Positions 11,200 through 26,460 of a stretch of DNA of 64,000 nucleotides are shown piece after piece (positions within the stretch are counted from its first letter, which is position 1; every line of letters begins with the position of its first letter). The stretch is from Eledone cirrhosa (taxonomy: Eukaryota): positions 67,828,001 through 67,892,000 of the forward strand of contig OZ024747.1 in NCBI GenBank assembly GCA_964016885.1, given 5' to 3'. Position numbers and translations under genes: made by a program. The notes under the pieces are model-generated. The model was not told the origin of the DNA. It saw only the letters and a program-made list of their open reading frames with translations, and searched no databases.

Positions 11200-12075
11200 C
11201 TGATCCACCGAAACTCGGCCATTTCGGACCATACCAAAATCAACATACTGATTGCGGATTTGGTACGGGTGATGAGAAATGTGTCCCGCATGTGCAACCC
11301 CGAAGAACTAGAGAGACACATACAACACTTCATCCACCGTATGCAGTTCTCTGGCTACAATCAGAGAGATAGAATCAGAGTGTATAAAGGAGCCAGAACC
11401 AAATGGGAAAAAATGGTAAATAATGACATAAATGGGACCTGCCCCTTGTATAGGAGCAAATTTTGGAATAGAATAGAAAGAACTAAGAACAAAGCCAATA
11501 GAATAAACTCATGGTATGATAGCAATAAATACCAGAGTGTAATGTTCATCAATACAACCCCTAGAGGCGAACTAGCCTACAAATTTAGAAGGGCCCTAAA
11601 GAAACATAATCTCAATATTAAGATAGTAGAAAGACCTGGTACCTCCGTAAAAACACTTATTAGCAAGACATACCCGTTCCAAAGACCCTCATGTATAGAT
11701 AAGAAATGTATAACCTGTAAAATAAGCCCCCATATTAACTGTAAAACTAGAAATGTAGTATATAGCATAAGATGTACTGAAGGACAATGTAGAAACAAAA
11801 ATATAGTGTACATAGGTGAGACAGCTCGTAGTATAGGGGAACGAATAAATGAACACTGGCGAGACCTCCAAGATAGTAAAGAATCATCTGTGCTCTACCA
11901 ACATGCTAAGATAGAACACAGGGGTAAATTAGAGAGCATAGAAATAAAAATAGAATCCACACACAAGAAAGACGCAATGTTTAGGCAAATTACAGAGGCA
12001 GTAAGCATAAAAGAATTAAAACCAAAATTAAATAGAAAATATGAGTGGAACAGCAACATCACAACTTACAATTAA
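11200..12075 (+). CDS. Penelope-like retroelement ORF, 5'-truncated (RT thumb/linker + GIY-YIG endonuclease)
   Basis: Open frame from LIHRNSAIS..: SGY motif, C-x4-C-x2-C-x7-C linker, NVVYSIRC, YIGETARSIGERINEH, H..H, EAVSI..KPKLNRK.EW. Confidence 0.88.
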   Translation: MIHRNSAISDHTKINILIADLVRVMRNVSRMCNPEELERHIQHFIHRMQFSGYNQRDRIRVYKGARTKWEKMVNNDINGTCPLYRSKFWNRIERTKNKANRINSWYDSNKYQSVMFINTTPRGELAYKFRRALKKHNLNIKIVERPGTSVKTLISKTYPFQRPSCIDKKCITCKISPHINCKTRNVVYSIRCTEGQCRNKNIVYIGETARSIGERINEHWRDLQDSKESSVLYQHAKIEHRGKLESIEIKIESTHKKDAMFRQITEAVSIKELKPKLNRKYEWNSNITTYN

Positions 12076-12372
12076 GGACAAAATGAAAACACACACACAC
12101 ATAGAACAAACAACTTACAATTGAAAACACACACAAAATGAAAACACACACAAGACAAAATGAAAACACACACACACATAGAACAAACAACCAACCAACA
12201 ATAAATAAATAAATAAACAAACAAATATAAATAGAAAAATAGAAAAATGAACACAAACACACACAGACACCCGGATGTGGCGCATGCGCAAACTGAGCAC
12301 GCAACCCACACACAAACAAAATGGCGTAGGATAGAAGAAAGGAAAGGCACAGAAACGAAGAAAGAAATCCCC

Positions 12373-12417
12373 AGTCACTGAAGAGGTCACAGAGTGTGTG
12401 ACGAAAGAACTATGACT
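12373..12417 (+). ncRNA. Hammerhead motif in the 3' pLTR of the Penelope-like element
   Basis: AGTCA-CTGAAGA-gGTCACA..TGTGAC-GAAA-GAAC-TA-TGACT, followed by (TA)n. Confidence 0.7.
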
Positions 12418-13106
12418 ATATATATATAAACAACTATCTGGTTGTGGAACCAACCAACCAACCAGAAATTTATAAATTTGTAAATTTATAAATATATATT
12501 AAATTAAATTGAAGTGAAAGCAACTGGTGCGTGTGTTTCTTATTGGCAACATGACCCTCCCAAAGTATAACAATATCGGTTTCAACACACGATTTCAGAT
12601 AAAGAATCTTGCTAAACAAATTCAGAAACGAAATATATATATATATATATATGAGATGACTAAATTGGATATGATACCAGTTTCTTATCAAATGCGAAGA
12701 AGCTCGATGTATTAACTCCTTAGGAAAGGGCACAGAGCATAATTTTTTTTAAAATTATATATATACAGTGGTGGTGGAACTGGAGGGGGTTATGCCCCTC
12801 TCCAATAATTATGTTTTCCCAAACTACCAAAACACGCATCGATTTGGATATGCGCTACAATTTATGTACATGTATGCTTATCGCATAACGAACTTTCTGA
12901 CCCTTTTAGAATGCAAAGAGCTAAACTAATCTCTACAATTAAATTGTCCAAATTTGCGCCCCCCCCCCCCCCCCCCAATCGCCATTCAGAAATGCTTTCA
13001 CCACCCCTGAAAACATAGGTTAACTTCACGTGTAGGCTGTTTCCTTCACCAAAACAACGGGAACACTCGTCTTCAGAATCAACGGAGGATGAGTTACAAC
13101 ATACAT

Positions 13107-13200
13107 TGTGTGTGTGTATTTGAGTGTTTGTGTGTGTATTTGAGTGTTTGTGTGTGTATTTGAGTGTTTGTGTGTGTATTTGAGTGTTTGTGTGTGTATT
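13107..13200. repeat. 20-bp minisatellite (TGTGTGTGTATTTGAGTGTT) x~4.5
   Basis: Directly visible tandem repeat. Confidence 0.85.
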
Positions 13201-13553
13201 CATGCCTATGTATGTATCTCTATAGAGAGTGTATGCATCTACGTGTTTGCACGTGGAGCATGGGTGTATCCGTTTAAGGGTGTGATTTGCAGCCTTTTGT
13301 TTATATACAATACATATACATGGTATAGTCAACTAACTTCCGCTGATATAGTAAATAGTGGACACATATATACATTCACTTGCACATACAACCCCCCCCC
13401 CCCACACACACGCACATATATATATATATCTATTTTTAGATACATTCAAACAGCCTTATGTATATATATATATACATGCATGAATACACACATATTTACA
13501 TACAAACAGCTACCTACCTTCCCACATACATACAAACCTATACGCACACACAC

Positions 13554-13593
<40 letters not shown>

Positions 13594-13595
<2 letters not shown>

Positions 13596-13918
13596 GGCTT
13601 CTAAAGGACTAGAACTGTTTCATTGGTTGATGGATTTAAAGAAAAGGGAATTCTTTAAAAAATGTTCTGCCTTTGTTACTCTAAATATAGTTTTTAAAGA
13701 ATTCCCTTTTCTTTAAATCCGTCAACCAATGACTTACCCCCTCCTAATCACCTCCCTCTCCTACCACCAGGAAAGGTATAAATACCACCATATTACTTGG
13801 ACAGTCGGCTTCCTGATGATTTCTCCTGAATGAAACATTTCTATATTAAATATTTATACTCTGCTATGTATTGAGTACCTTACTTACAGTGGTTACCTCC
13901 AATTGAACCCGGGATAAA
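13594..13918. mobile_element. Rearranged pLTR-like element between (TA)n tracts with internal hairpin and broken HHR
   Basis: Hairpin at 13621-13730 (CATTGGTTGATGGATTTAAAG.../...CTTTAAATCCGTCAACCAATG); GCTTC-CTGATGA..GAAACA at ~13808. The 3' part is the inverse of 9281-9352. Confidence 0.6.
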
Positions 13919-14129
13919 CTTATATATATATATTATATGTATATATATATATATATATATATTATATGATGAAAACACAAATATTATTGCATGATGATGT
14001 TTGTTTTTGAAATGCGCATAATAAAATACATGGAACTCCTTTAACCATCTTTTGATCTTATATATATATATATTATATATATATATTATATATATATATT
14101 ATGAAATACTGTTGGCTTCTAGCACACAA

Positions 14130-14202
<73 letters not shown>

Positions 14203-14207
<5 letters not shown>

Positions 14208-15717
14208 TTAGTTATACTATTTATGGTTATGTAAACACAAAACCTTAAGCAGTTGTAAGTATTTTACACACACCCTAAATAGTGGTAGGCAGTAATGTAT
14301 TACTACCTTATTACCAGTAAGTTAAGTAGCTCAATGTAAAAACATCAGATGATTTACAGAGCAGTTATATGAAATATAAGAATCAAAGAACTGTTCAAAA
14401 CATTATTGTGCTTACAGCTGTTTCTTCCAAACCGAGGTTTGGATTCTTCGGAGCAATTTATTAATGCATGGACAGTTATATGACCTCCTTTTCAGCCGAG
14501 AGACATACCAACACATATTCAAACATTGATACATATTCAAACATTGTGGGTCAACATTCATTACAGAATTTAGAGTGGCAGTACACACTTCTAGATTACA
14601 TTTATATTAATAGGTACAATCAAAAATCAAAGATATAGGTTAAAGTACAACATGAAGATAAGTGGTTATATAGTGCAAATGTTATATGTATGGCACGCAT
14701 GTGCGTCTTGTTTATATAGTGTGGCAGAGAGATATGTGTGGTAGAGGCACTTAGGTAGGTAAATAAGAGTGTTAGGTTGGTAGATCTGGTGGCAAAGTCT
14801 TTATATGATTGATATAGTCTGTGTGTGGAGAAATATTATAAGCATTAAAGATAGTGCAAGCATTAAAAGTGTTATAAGTATTGGAGATGCACAGGGCAGG
14901 GATGTCAAGAAATTCGTGTACTTCGGCATTTTCATGGTCAAGGGAGTGTATATTTCGATTATATGCCTTTCACATAATCCACGACAATCCAGTTAGAGAT
15001 CGTAGTCTGGTGTTCTTTAGTTCGATACAGGTGGTTGTTACGTTTCGAGAAACGCCATTCGTAACAACCACCTGTATCGAACTAAAGAACACCAGACTAC
15101 GATCTCTAACTGGATTGTCGTGGATTATGTGAAAGGCATATAATCGAAATATACACTCCCTTGACCATGAAAATGCCGAAGTACACGAATTTCTTGACAT
15201 CCCTGCCCTGTGCATCTCCAATACTTATAACACTTTTAATGCTTGCACTATCTTTAATGCTTATAATATTTCTCCACACACAGACTATATCAATCATATA
15301 AAGACTTTGCCACCAGATCTACCAACCTAACACTCTTATTTACCTACCTAAGTGCCTCTACCACACATATCTCTCTGCCACACTATATAAACAAGACGCA
15401 CATGCGTGCCATACATATAACATTTGCACTATATAACCGCTTATCTTCATGTTGTATTTTAACCTATATTTTTGATTGTACCTATTAATATAAATGTAAT
15501 CTCGAAGTGTGTACTGCCACTCTAAATTCTGTAATGAATGTTGACCCACAATGTTTGAATATGTATCAATGTTTGAATATGTATTGGTATGTCTCTCGGC
15601 TGAAAAGGAGGTCATATAACTGTCCATGCATTAATAAATTGCTCCGAAGAATCCAAACCTCGGTTTGGAAGAAACAGCTGTAAGCACAATAATGTTTTGA
15701 ACAGTTCTTTGATTCTT

Positions 15718-15730
<13 letters not shown>
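14203..15730. mobile_element. Penelope-like fold-back element: 1.36-kb palindrome (arms 14366-15042 / 15060-15730) between (TA)n tracts
   Basis: Mirror-image ORFs in the track and a 17-nt spacer. HHR-like motifs at 14409-14455 (-) and 15640-15686 (+): TGCT-CCGAAGA-aTCCAAACC tc GGTTTGGAa-GAAA-CAGCTG-TA-AGCA. Homologue at 49133-49440. Confidence 0.8.
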
Positions 15731-15790
<60 letters not shown>

Positions 15791-15863
15791 TAGGGTGTGG
15801 TAAAAAAACCAGGTGGACCATAACCCACCAGAGTACTCGATACTTGGAGTAGTAGAGTGGGTA

Positions 15864-15988
15864 ATATGAAAAGATTCAGGACCCCTACGGCTGAGCTCCG
15901 GCCGTTTCGACAGCTAGATCCGAACAGCTCGGATCTCACTATCGGTACGGCCAGAGCTCAGCCGTCGGGGTCCTGAATATTTTCATAT
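15864..15988. repeat. GC-rich imperfect hairpin beside (TA)n
   Basis: ATATGAAAAGATTCAGGACCCCTACGGCTGAGCTC...AGATCCGA acagc TCGGATCT...GAGCTCAGCCGTCGGGGTCCTGAATATTTTCATAT. Confidence 0.85.
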
Positions 15989-16259
15989 CTATATATATAT
16001 GTGTGCGTGTGTGTGTGTATATATATATACATACATGCGTCAAAAGCCAAGTCACTCAACCTACTAGAAAGAGCAGCCTAATCACTCACAAATCGCAAAT
16101 ATGAAGGCACAACTTCGTCCTCACTACTGTTGACATACAAGACCATCAGCTATAATAGCTATTTTGCTTTCGAGCAAGTGGGACATCCATTCACTGTTGA
16201 ATATAACCATGGTTACTCGCCACCCCATGTAGGATGGCAGTAATAACTTCTTATTGGAG

Positions 16260-16500
16260 GAGCGTATTTATCAGGCCTCTTTTTCAATGTAGGATAAGTT
16301 TACTAGTACCTCATTCTGCTTCCATTTTCTGATCTACCAAATGTAACCCTGAACAATCTTCAATCCTGTTTCAACTTCGGTTGAAGTAGGGTTACAAATC
16401 CTTCTGATTTTTCTGAGAATACATCTGTATGAATAGTTCAAATGTTGGCTTTTCCACGCCTGTCTCCGACGAAGTGTACATGTCACCTCGTAAAGTACTG
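16260..16500 (-). pseudogene. Possible highly decayed CR1/L2-like LINE 3' end
   Basis: Minus-strand fragments LRGDM, RKW..EV and LKKRPDKY resemble CR1 ORF2 C-termini; heavily disrupted. Confidence 0.3.
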
Positions 16501-17005
16501 GTCTAGTGTTTTGGGGTTTTTTTCTGAAGACTCATAATTTACAAACTATTGACCTCGGAAAGCTGACAGGCAAAGTTGTCCTCTGAGAGGGACTCGAGGT
16601 CATCATTTCTTTTGTATGTGTGTGTAAGGGGGGGGGGTGGAGAGGAGGCTAGTTTATTTAACAAAGATCAGTATCTGACGTGTACTTACTTTATTTACTC
16701 CGGTAGGATAAACAACAAATTAAACCACGGTGAGATTTGAACTCAGAACATCTAAAAAAGACGTAACTGAATACAACAAACCAGCATGGATAAGTAACAG
16801 TATTTTTTGCTGCTGTTTCATTATTATTGTCATTATTATTCAGTCATTCATTCGATGTTTCTTCCACTTTCCCTCTACCAAGACATACCGGATTTTTCTA
16901 AGATTATTTTCATATGAATATAGCTCCGCCCTGTTTCAAATTCTTAGAATTTCTCTATGGAAAAAAAACAAAAATGAAATCAAAAATAAAATAAATATTC
17001 GCATA

Positions 17006-17061
<56 letters not shown>

Positions 17062-17587
17062 ACAATAATAATGGTCATAATAATAATGATGGTGGTAGTG
17101 CTGCTGCTGCTGATGATGATGATGATGACGGTAATGGTGATGGTGGCGATGGGAAAATGCAAAGTTGTCGACGCCCATTTAATTTCGCTTCTGTGAATGT
17201 TATTGATACCCTTAACCCCACCCCACCACCACCACCACCACCAACACCAACACCATCACCACCACCATTCTAGCATGGTCGGTTAGTTGAGAATGTCTAA
17301 AACCCTGTGGGAGATTATAAACTGGTCACCAACACCACGTTACTGTAAAAATATAGTCTTTATATAATTAAAAGGAAATTAATAGTACATAGCAAGATTT
17401 AGTTTCGGTCTCTTCTGTTCTGTTGTGTTATAGAAATAACAAAATACTGTGTCAGTAAGATTTTAGATTTATTTATTTATCTATTTATTTATTTGTCTGG
17501 TGAATTCTTTATCGAACTAATAACACATATTTAACCACATTTCGTTCGTGTTTCATTCAGCAGTGCTATATATATATATATATAAAT

Positions 17588-17622
<35 letters not shown>

Positions 17623-19809
17623 GTGGTGGTGGTGGTGGTATTGTTGTTGTTGTTGTTGTTGTTCTTTTGCTTCTTCTTCTTCTTTTGCTTCTTCTTATTT
17701 TTATTGGCGATTTACGTGTGGAAATGTATAATTGTGAGCTCCAGTAAGCTTGTTGTTTTAAGCTTAACCCATTATTTCTTAAGTTATTTTTGTTTTACGG
17801 GAATCGTAAGACGTAGGTCTTTCCCTAAAAAAAAAGAGAGACCCTATAACATCTGGCTCAAATATTTGTACTTTATTTTTATTTCGACACCTACAAAGCG
17901 TTAAAAAGAAATGGAGATATGCCACCCTTCGCGAGCCAGCTCTCACGTGACTCTGACACAAAGGTCGACAGTAACGTCACCATCTCCACCACCAAAAATA
18001 ACTTCACCACGGTTACCATTACCACCACAAGAGATAACAAAGCCACCGTCGCCAACGACAACAAAAACAACAGCCACAACGGCAGCGACAACAACAGCAA
18101 CAGCAACAACAAGAACAAGAACAACGACTACAAAAGAACAGCATCAACAGCAGCAACGGCAACAACAGCAACAACAACAACAACAACAGAAACAACTGCA
18201 AAGGCAACAACAGCAGCAGCAACAACGGCAGTGACAACAGCAACAGCAATAACATGAACAAAATCACATTTTCAGCTACGGCTGCGAAAACCACGGAATT
18301 ATTCCATATGGACTTGAGAAAGATGAAAGAATTTGTGGCTGAGGCAGCCAAACTTGTAAAAGTGGACAAAATCTGGCCCAACATAAGTGTTGTTCCTGAG
18401 GTATTGGCAGCAACAGAGCGAAAAATCACAGCCGGCCCCAGCATCCCAGACGAAGGCTGCTCTGAAAGGCTTAATACCAGACACACACTTACGTACATAC
18501 ACCTATATATGTATCTACCGTTTCACTCTACTTTTAAATTTACAGTGGCTAGCTATATAAAACAAGGATATCGTAACTGTATATAACGGTGCCTCCAGTG
18601 TTGAAATAGTGTTTGTTCAGTAGCTTCTCATCAACGGTACATCCAGTATTTAAATAGCGTTTGTTCATTAAATTCACTAGCAGAAAAACTATCCATCGGG
18701 TGGTTTTCTGTTAGCATGTGTAGTGTGCATATTGATATTATATGCAAATATATATTCATGTAGATATAATACGTCAAATGAAATCGTAATTGACAATATA
18801 CACAGAAATTAAAGAGAGACTGTGTTACACTGTCTTCTGTAATCAGTGAAGTAATCTATGATACATTTAAAAGAGACGATATTATATATAAACTGCATTA
18901 CGGCAAAATTTTATGAAAACGAAAAAGGAGAAAATAGACGTTATATAACGATGCAAATATATGAACGTTTATTTAAGCGATATAATATAGAGTCCATTAT
19001 ATCATAACCGGAAGTGTTGACATTTGAACATTTTAAAAGAAGTGAATTTTGAAATAAGCAATAAAATTATTTATATTTAATCAAGAGATACGAAATTTAG
19101 TAGATAAATTATGTAATATTCATTCATTATTTATTCAAAGTAATCCAACTTATTTTACAAACGGGATAACAAAATATATTCAGGACGCAGTCCCGCACTC
19201 CTCCTTTTATTATATTATGATTGTTTTCAAAGTGACAGCGTATAACGTTACAATCTATTGTCGAAATAACGTTTCTTTAAAGCATTTGAATCACTTTGAA
19301 ATAAATATTTCTTTAACTTCTTCTCAACAATGCACTTCCATTCGGTTAACAGACTATGTTGTTTGTTCACTAATAGAAGGTTTCGATATGGTTGAGGTAA
19401 GATTTTCGAGTCACATTGAGGTAAAGAAACAGTTAATAGACAACTGGAAAATGAAGAGTTGATCTTCATACCAGTTTGCTTCGGCCTAGTAACAAAAATA
19501 AAAGTAATCGATGTCCCACAATAAATTGGTATTTGCTGACTGGTGACAGTCTACTTGGCATGAAATGAAGAGAACGTAGCAATTCTCGAAGTGCACAGGC
19601 TTCGCAATCGCAAAGAGAACTGGACACACATGGAGATGGAGCGCCTGATCCAAACAGACCAAGAGACTCTGGAAGTCATCCTCGGCCTTATCAACCTGCC
19701 AAATGGCACTCAACTGTCCGAAGTGGGATAGGAGCTTGAAAGCTCAGGTAAAAAAACCTCACTGGTATCAACACCTCACATACAGCAACAACTGCATCTA
19801 CTTTCCAAA

Positions 19810-19970
19810 TACCAATAATAACAACAACAATCACATCAGCAACAACAATCACATCAGCAGCAACAACAACCACATTAGCAACAACAACAATCACATCAGC
19901 AGCAACAACAACCACATCAGCAGCAACAACAACCACATTAGCAACAACAACAACCACACCAGCAACAACA
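19810..19970. repeat. Minisatellite of 18-21 bp units (AGCAACAACAA(C/T)CACAT(C/T))
   Basis: Directly visible tandem units. Confidence 0.8.
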
Positions 19971-20065
19971 GTTACCAGAATAGAAACAATAACCTGACAC
20001 AAAGTTCCTTCATGTTTGAAGTTAGTTTATTTTAAAGATATGTTATATCTTCTCATTATATTTGG

Positions 20066-20247
20066 GTAGATTGGCAGTGCTGGTAGAAGGTCGGACGCCA
20101 TGCTTTGACGCATAGAGTTAAGGCCCTTGCCATTCTGTGTTCAAATCCCGCCGGGGTTAACTTTGCCTTTCATCTTTACGGGGTCGATAAAATAAAGTAC
20201 CAGTAATGCATTGGGTAATTGCTGGCCTTGTGCCAAAAGTAAAAACA
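20066..20247 (+). mobile_element. SINE family A with 11-bp TSD
   Basis: Homologous to the 8477 copy; ATTATATTTGG at 20055-20065 and 20248-20258. Confidence 0.85.
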
Positions 20248-20589
20248 ATTATATTTGGCATTGCTTCTGATGATATGTTATGAAAACCCGAATATAGCCA
20301 AGTAAAAAGACTCACTAAGCATGATAAAAGTACTTGAATGATATTCTGGATAAGGGTGAAGCTGAATAGGGGGGGGGGAGTTGAATATCACTTTAGCTTC
20401 TCAATCAAGTAAAGAAATTACGGACACTACAAAGAAAAACATATTTCTCATTTAGAGATACACAGGAAAATATATTGATTATATTATAATAAAGATAAAA
20501 AAAATAGATGGGATAGAAAACTTTGAAGCAGCATTAACCAGATCAATTCCTCACAAGGAAAAATATTTCCATCAGTTTCTCCAACGTTT

Positions 20590-20850
20590 AAATGTCGCTG
20601 GTACTTCTATCTTACTCTACGGATACGAACAATGGACACTTACAGTGAACAAAGAATCCAGGTTTTCGAGCACAAGTGTTTCAGAAAGCTGGTACTCATC
20701 TCATACACAGTGATCCAGACAGCCAGTTTTATCTTGCAGAAAATCGCTAAATATTCTGCTACAGTGAAAGGATGAAGACTCTCCTCGTACGGAAATTAGC
20801 TTCTCCAGAAGAGCGGGGAAGAGGCAGACAAAGAATGTCTGATTTGACAA
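20590..20850 (+). pseudogene. Decayed RTE-clade LINE RT C-terminal fragment
   Basis: Translates as SILLYGYEQWTL..RIQVFEHKCFRKL across a frameshift. Confidence 0.55.
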
Positions 20851-20999
20851 CAGACCTCAACACTGGGAATATAACGAGATTATAGGGAATATTCGCCATA
20901 AATCCGTTTGCTTACTCAAAGTCTCAGATTGCTATGTGGCATTTGCATTTGTATATATATTTTAATCAGTTTTACTATATGTATATATCTAAAGTCTGT

Positions 21000-21356
<357 letters not shown>

Positions 21357-21397
21357 TAGGAATAACCAAAGAGTGCTTAGAAATACATTGTTTTATT

Positions 21398-21445
21398 AGC
21401 TAACAGTGTTTCATCCGTACCCTAAGGCAGGAATCATCAGAGTCT
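21398..21445 (-). ncRNA. Hammerhead-like motif in a ~200-bp insert between (TA)n tracts
   Basis: CTGATGA-tTCCTGCC..GGTACGGAt-GAAA-CACTG-TT-AGCT; stem I is weak. Confidence 0.5.
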
Positions 21446-21709
21446 ATAAACAAGAGTATATCAATAGTTGCATGCTCCATCAAGCTGCGTCACCAGAACA
21501 CTGTCATACCAAGGGCAATATATCTGCGTGTCTGGGCACATTGATACATTTGTCAACGAAACTATATATATATATATATATTATACATATATATTATATA
21601 TATATATATTATACATATATATTATATATATATATATTATATATATATATAATACATATATATTATATATATATATATATTATACATATATATTATATAT
21701 ATATTATAC

Positions 21710-23516
<1,807 letters not shown>

Positions 23517-23519
23517 ATA

Positions 23520-24160
23520 CTAGCCGAATTACCCATGCCTTGCTGCGGTTCACACATTTTTTTTTTGTAAGAAAATGATGATTGATTTTAAATCAGTGAT
23601 ATAATTTATTGAGAAAAACTCTGCATTTCAATGCTACTCAATGTAAAATGTAATGCATGAAAAATTGGAAAACATTACTTTTTGTAATATATCAAATCAA
23701 AATTACATTATTAAATCTTATTCTTATTTTGTTTCTTGTAAATAATTTTTTTCAAAATATCAATTCAAAACTTGATCATTTCATTTTTGTGTAAAGCATT
23801 ATTTTCAAATTAGAAATTCAAAGTTTAATTGTTTATTTTTTAACATAATAAATACATGAAAATATATTTTATACTTTGTCTTAATGAAGAACTTCAGGGT
23901 AAACAACATTTCTTGTCTTTCTTTGATTGGCTAAAATGTAAAGATTTTTTGATGTTCCAGTCCTTGAAACAGCCACATAAAACATGCCATGACTGAAACA
24001 TGGGTTTGTCAAATCTATACCAATAGTTTTGAAATTTTGACCTTGTCTCTTATTGATGCTCATGGCAAAGCATGGCTTCGCTGGACACTGCAGCCTCTTA
24101 AATGTAAAGGCACCTCGCTATCACTTGGTATAAGTGGAATCCTCGGAATGAGAAGAGCCA
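23520..24160 (-). mobile_element. Helitron 3' fragment (PIF1-like helicase C-terminus and CTAG end)
   Basis: IPRIPLIP..AMSINKRQGQ..GIDL..PCFSHGMFYVAVSR..TRNVVYPEVL*. The minus strand ends in an imperfect GC hairpin followed by ...TTCGGCTAG|T at 23520. Confidence 0.85.
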
Positions 24161-24280
24161 AGCACTCGACAATGTATAGATCTCAGAGTAATAACATACA
24201 GTTTAAAGGGCTTTGCAAAATGAAGCCAGCAATCGGTAATATATATAGAAATGTAATCTGAGTTTTTCGAATATTAATAA

Positions 24281-24466
24281 TTGTTTCTACTTTAGGCACA
24301 AGGCCAGCAATTACCCAGTGCATTACTGGTACTTTATTTTATCGACCCCGTAAGGATGAAAGGCAAAGTCAACCTCGGCGGGATTTGAACTCAGATCGTA
24401 AAGGGACGTAACTATGCTGGAAAGCATGGCATCCGACCCTCTACCGATACTGCCAATCCACCGCCC
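24281..24466 (-). mobile_element. SINE family A
   Basis: Reverse complement of the 8477 copy; flanked by TTTTCGAATA(T/A)TAATAA. Confidence 0.85.
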
Positions 24467-24785
24467 TTTTCGAATAATAATAATAACATTCGATTCGTTT
24501 GCAATTTTGCAAATAAGCCTCAATTTTATAGCCATGTCAGTAGAATGAACCCTTCATTCTTGCTCTTGCCGGAGGTTCAATCCTTGCTGGGAGATACATC
24601 TAAGGTGTCCTATTAAACTTTTTTCAATTTTCGTTTTACGTCTCTTAGAAAAAAACTGAAAAACTTTGGTGAGAACCCCAATGTCTATTTATCTTGTTTT
24701 ATTTTATTTATTATGTTTAATTTGAATAATTTAATTTAATTTAATTTTTATTTTAGTTAAATTGTCGAAACCACTGGCGATCTAA

Positions 24786-24852
<67 letters not shown>

Positions 24853-26182
24853 GATGTTTATGAGAGTGTATGTATGTTTGTATGTATGTATGCATGCATG
24901 TATGTATGTGTGTGTGTGTGTATATGTGTATGTATGTATGTATATATGTATGTATGTGTATGTGTGTATGTATGTGTGTGTATGTATGGAGTGAAAGTGG
25001 GTGGTATCAAGAAATAAATCAACATTAATTACGTTAAAAAATCATTTTTAATGGAAGCATATTTACAAGTAATTTACATACACACGCGTCCACACACTCA
25101 CACATGCCTACATGCATACATACATACAGGCATGCATACACACACACATACATACATTCATACATGCACACGCATACACATACATACATACATTCATACA
25201 TATGTACACGCATACGTACATAATAAATACCTACATACACCTACACACACATACAAAAACACGCACACATGCACACGCACACATACACACACACATATAC
25301 ACACACACACGCATACATACGAACCCACATTTATATATATATATATATATATTCATATAGGTATGGGTACATACATATGTGCATGCTAGATGCTGCATGC
25401 ATTACATATGCCTGATGTTCTGAGAGAAGATAATAACGCGTTTTTATGAAACCAGCTAACAATTCACAGTGAATTGTAATTATAAGTTTGTTAAAAATAA
25501 ATAAATGTTCGTTGTCAACCGAAGGAGAATAACAAGAATGAAATGAAATGCAAAAAAAATTATAAGATTTTTATCAGATATTTTTTTAATGTTTCTACAT
25601 TGTGAAATGCCCCGATTATAGTTTAAATTATACCAGATGTTTAAATTACCATTTAAAAAGTCCGATTGTTAAGTTAGTTCATTATTTACTGCTGAATTAG
25701 CAATTTTTAGCTGCAGTACTTATCTTTGTATTAAATATCAAACTACATCGTTCGCTCTCACTACACCGAACGAAAGATGTATGTTGGCCATTTTGAAGTG
25801 ATATTAATATAATTAGTAGAATGAATGTGTGTTGGAAGGTCGTCAGTTCCGGAGAAGCGTGTTGCCACTGTTCAAACTACATGCGAGTGGCTGAATATTC
25901 CGCAGACACGCGCATCCTTAGCACACTTTTCAGTATTATTCATCATGACACTGTGTGACAAGGCTGATCTTTTGAATTAGAGGTACAATACATTTCTTTT
26001 TAAGCGGTGAGGACTGGAGGAACATAAAATATAGTGTTTTGCTCAATGACACAACGACCCAACGGAAATCGAATCCATGATCTTATGATCATGGGCCGAA
26101 CAACCTAACCGCTAAGTTACGTGTCTTCACAGTGGAAGAAATAGAGTGATAAAAAGTGATCACATGTTGGAAAAGTTGGTAA

Positions 26183-26460
26183 TTCTTCTTCTTCTTCTTC
26201 TTCTTCTTCTTCTTCTTCTTCTTCTTCTTCTTCTTCTTTTTCTTCTTCTTCTTCTCCCCTCCTCCTCCTCCTCCTGAGAAGGTCGTGGGGGCAGAGTCCT
26301 CAAACACTCCTTCCTGCAAGTCCTGTCAGAAGCAACCATCTCCAACTGATACGGCTGGATCCCCAAGCGTAACTAGCCAAGCTCATGGATGTTATCCAAC
26401 CATCTTGCTCGGGGTCTACCCCTGGGTCTCCTACCTGTTGGTTTTGCCCAGGCGCCTTTC
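26183..26460 (-). mobile_element. RTE-clade LINE 3' end with (GAG)/(AAG)n tail
   Basis: AKPTGRRPRGRPRARWLDNI..LEMVASDRT..LRTLPPRPSQ followed by a trinucleotide tail; homologue at 46203-46445. Confidence 0.75.

Noticed and set aside
17911-18586. Poly-Gln/Thr ORFs and the following 110-aa ORF
   Set aside because: Trinucleotide-repeat translation; the unique part (18254-18480) has no motif I can recognise or tie to an exon.
19490-19780. Possible decayed LINE C-terminus ending in a Cys/His motif
   Set aside because: Too many stops and too little motif conservation to assign.
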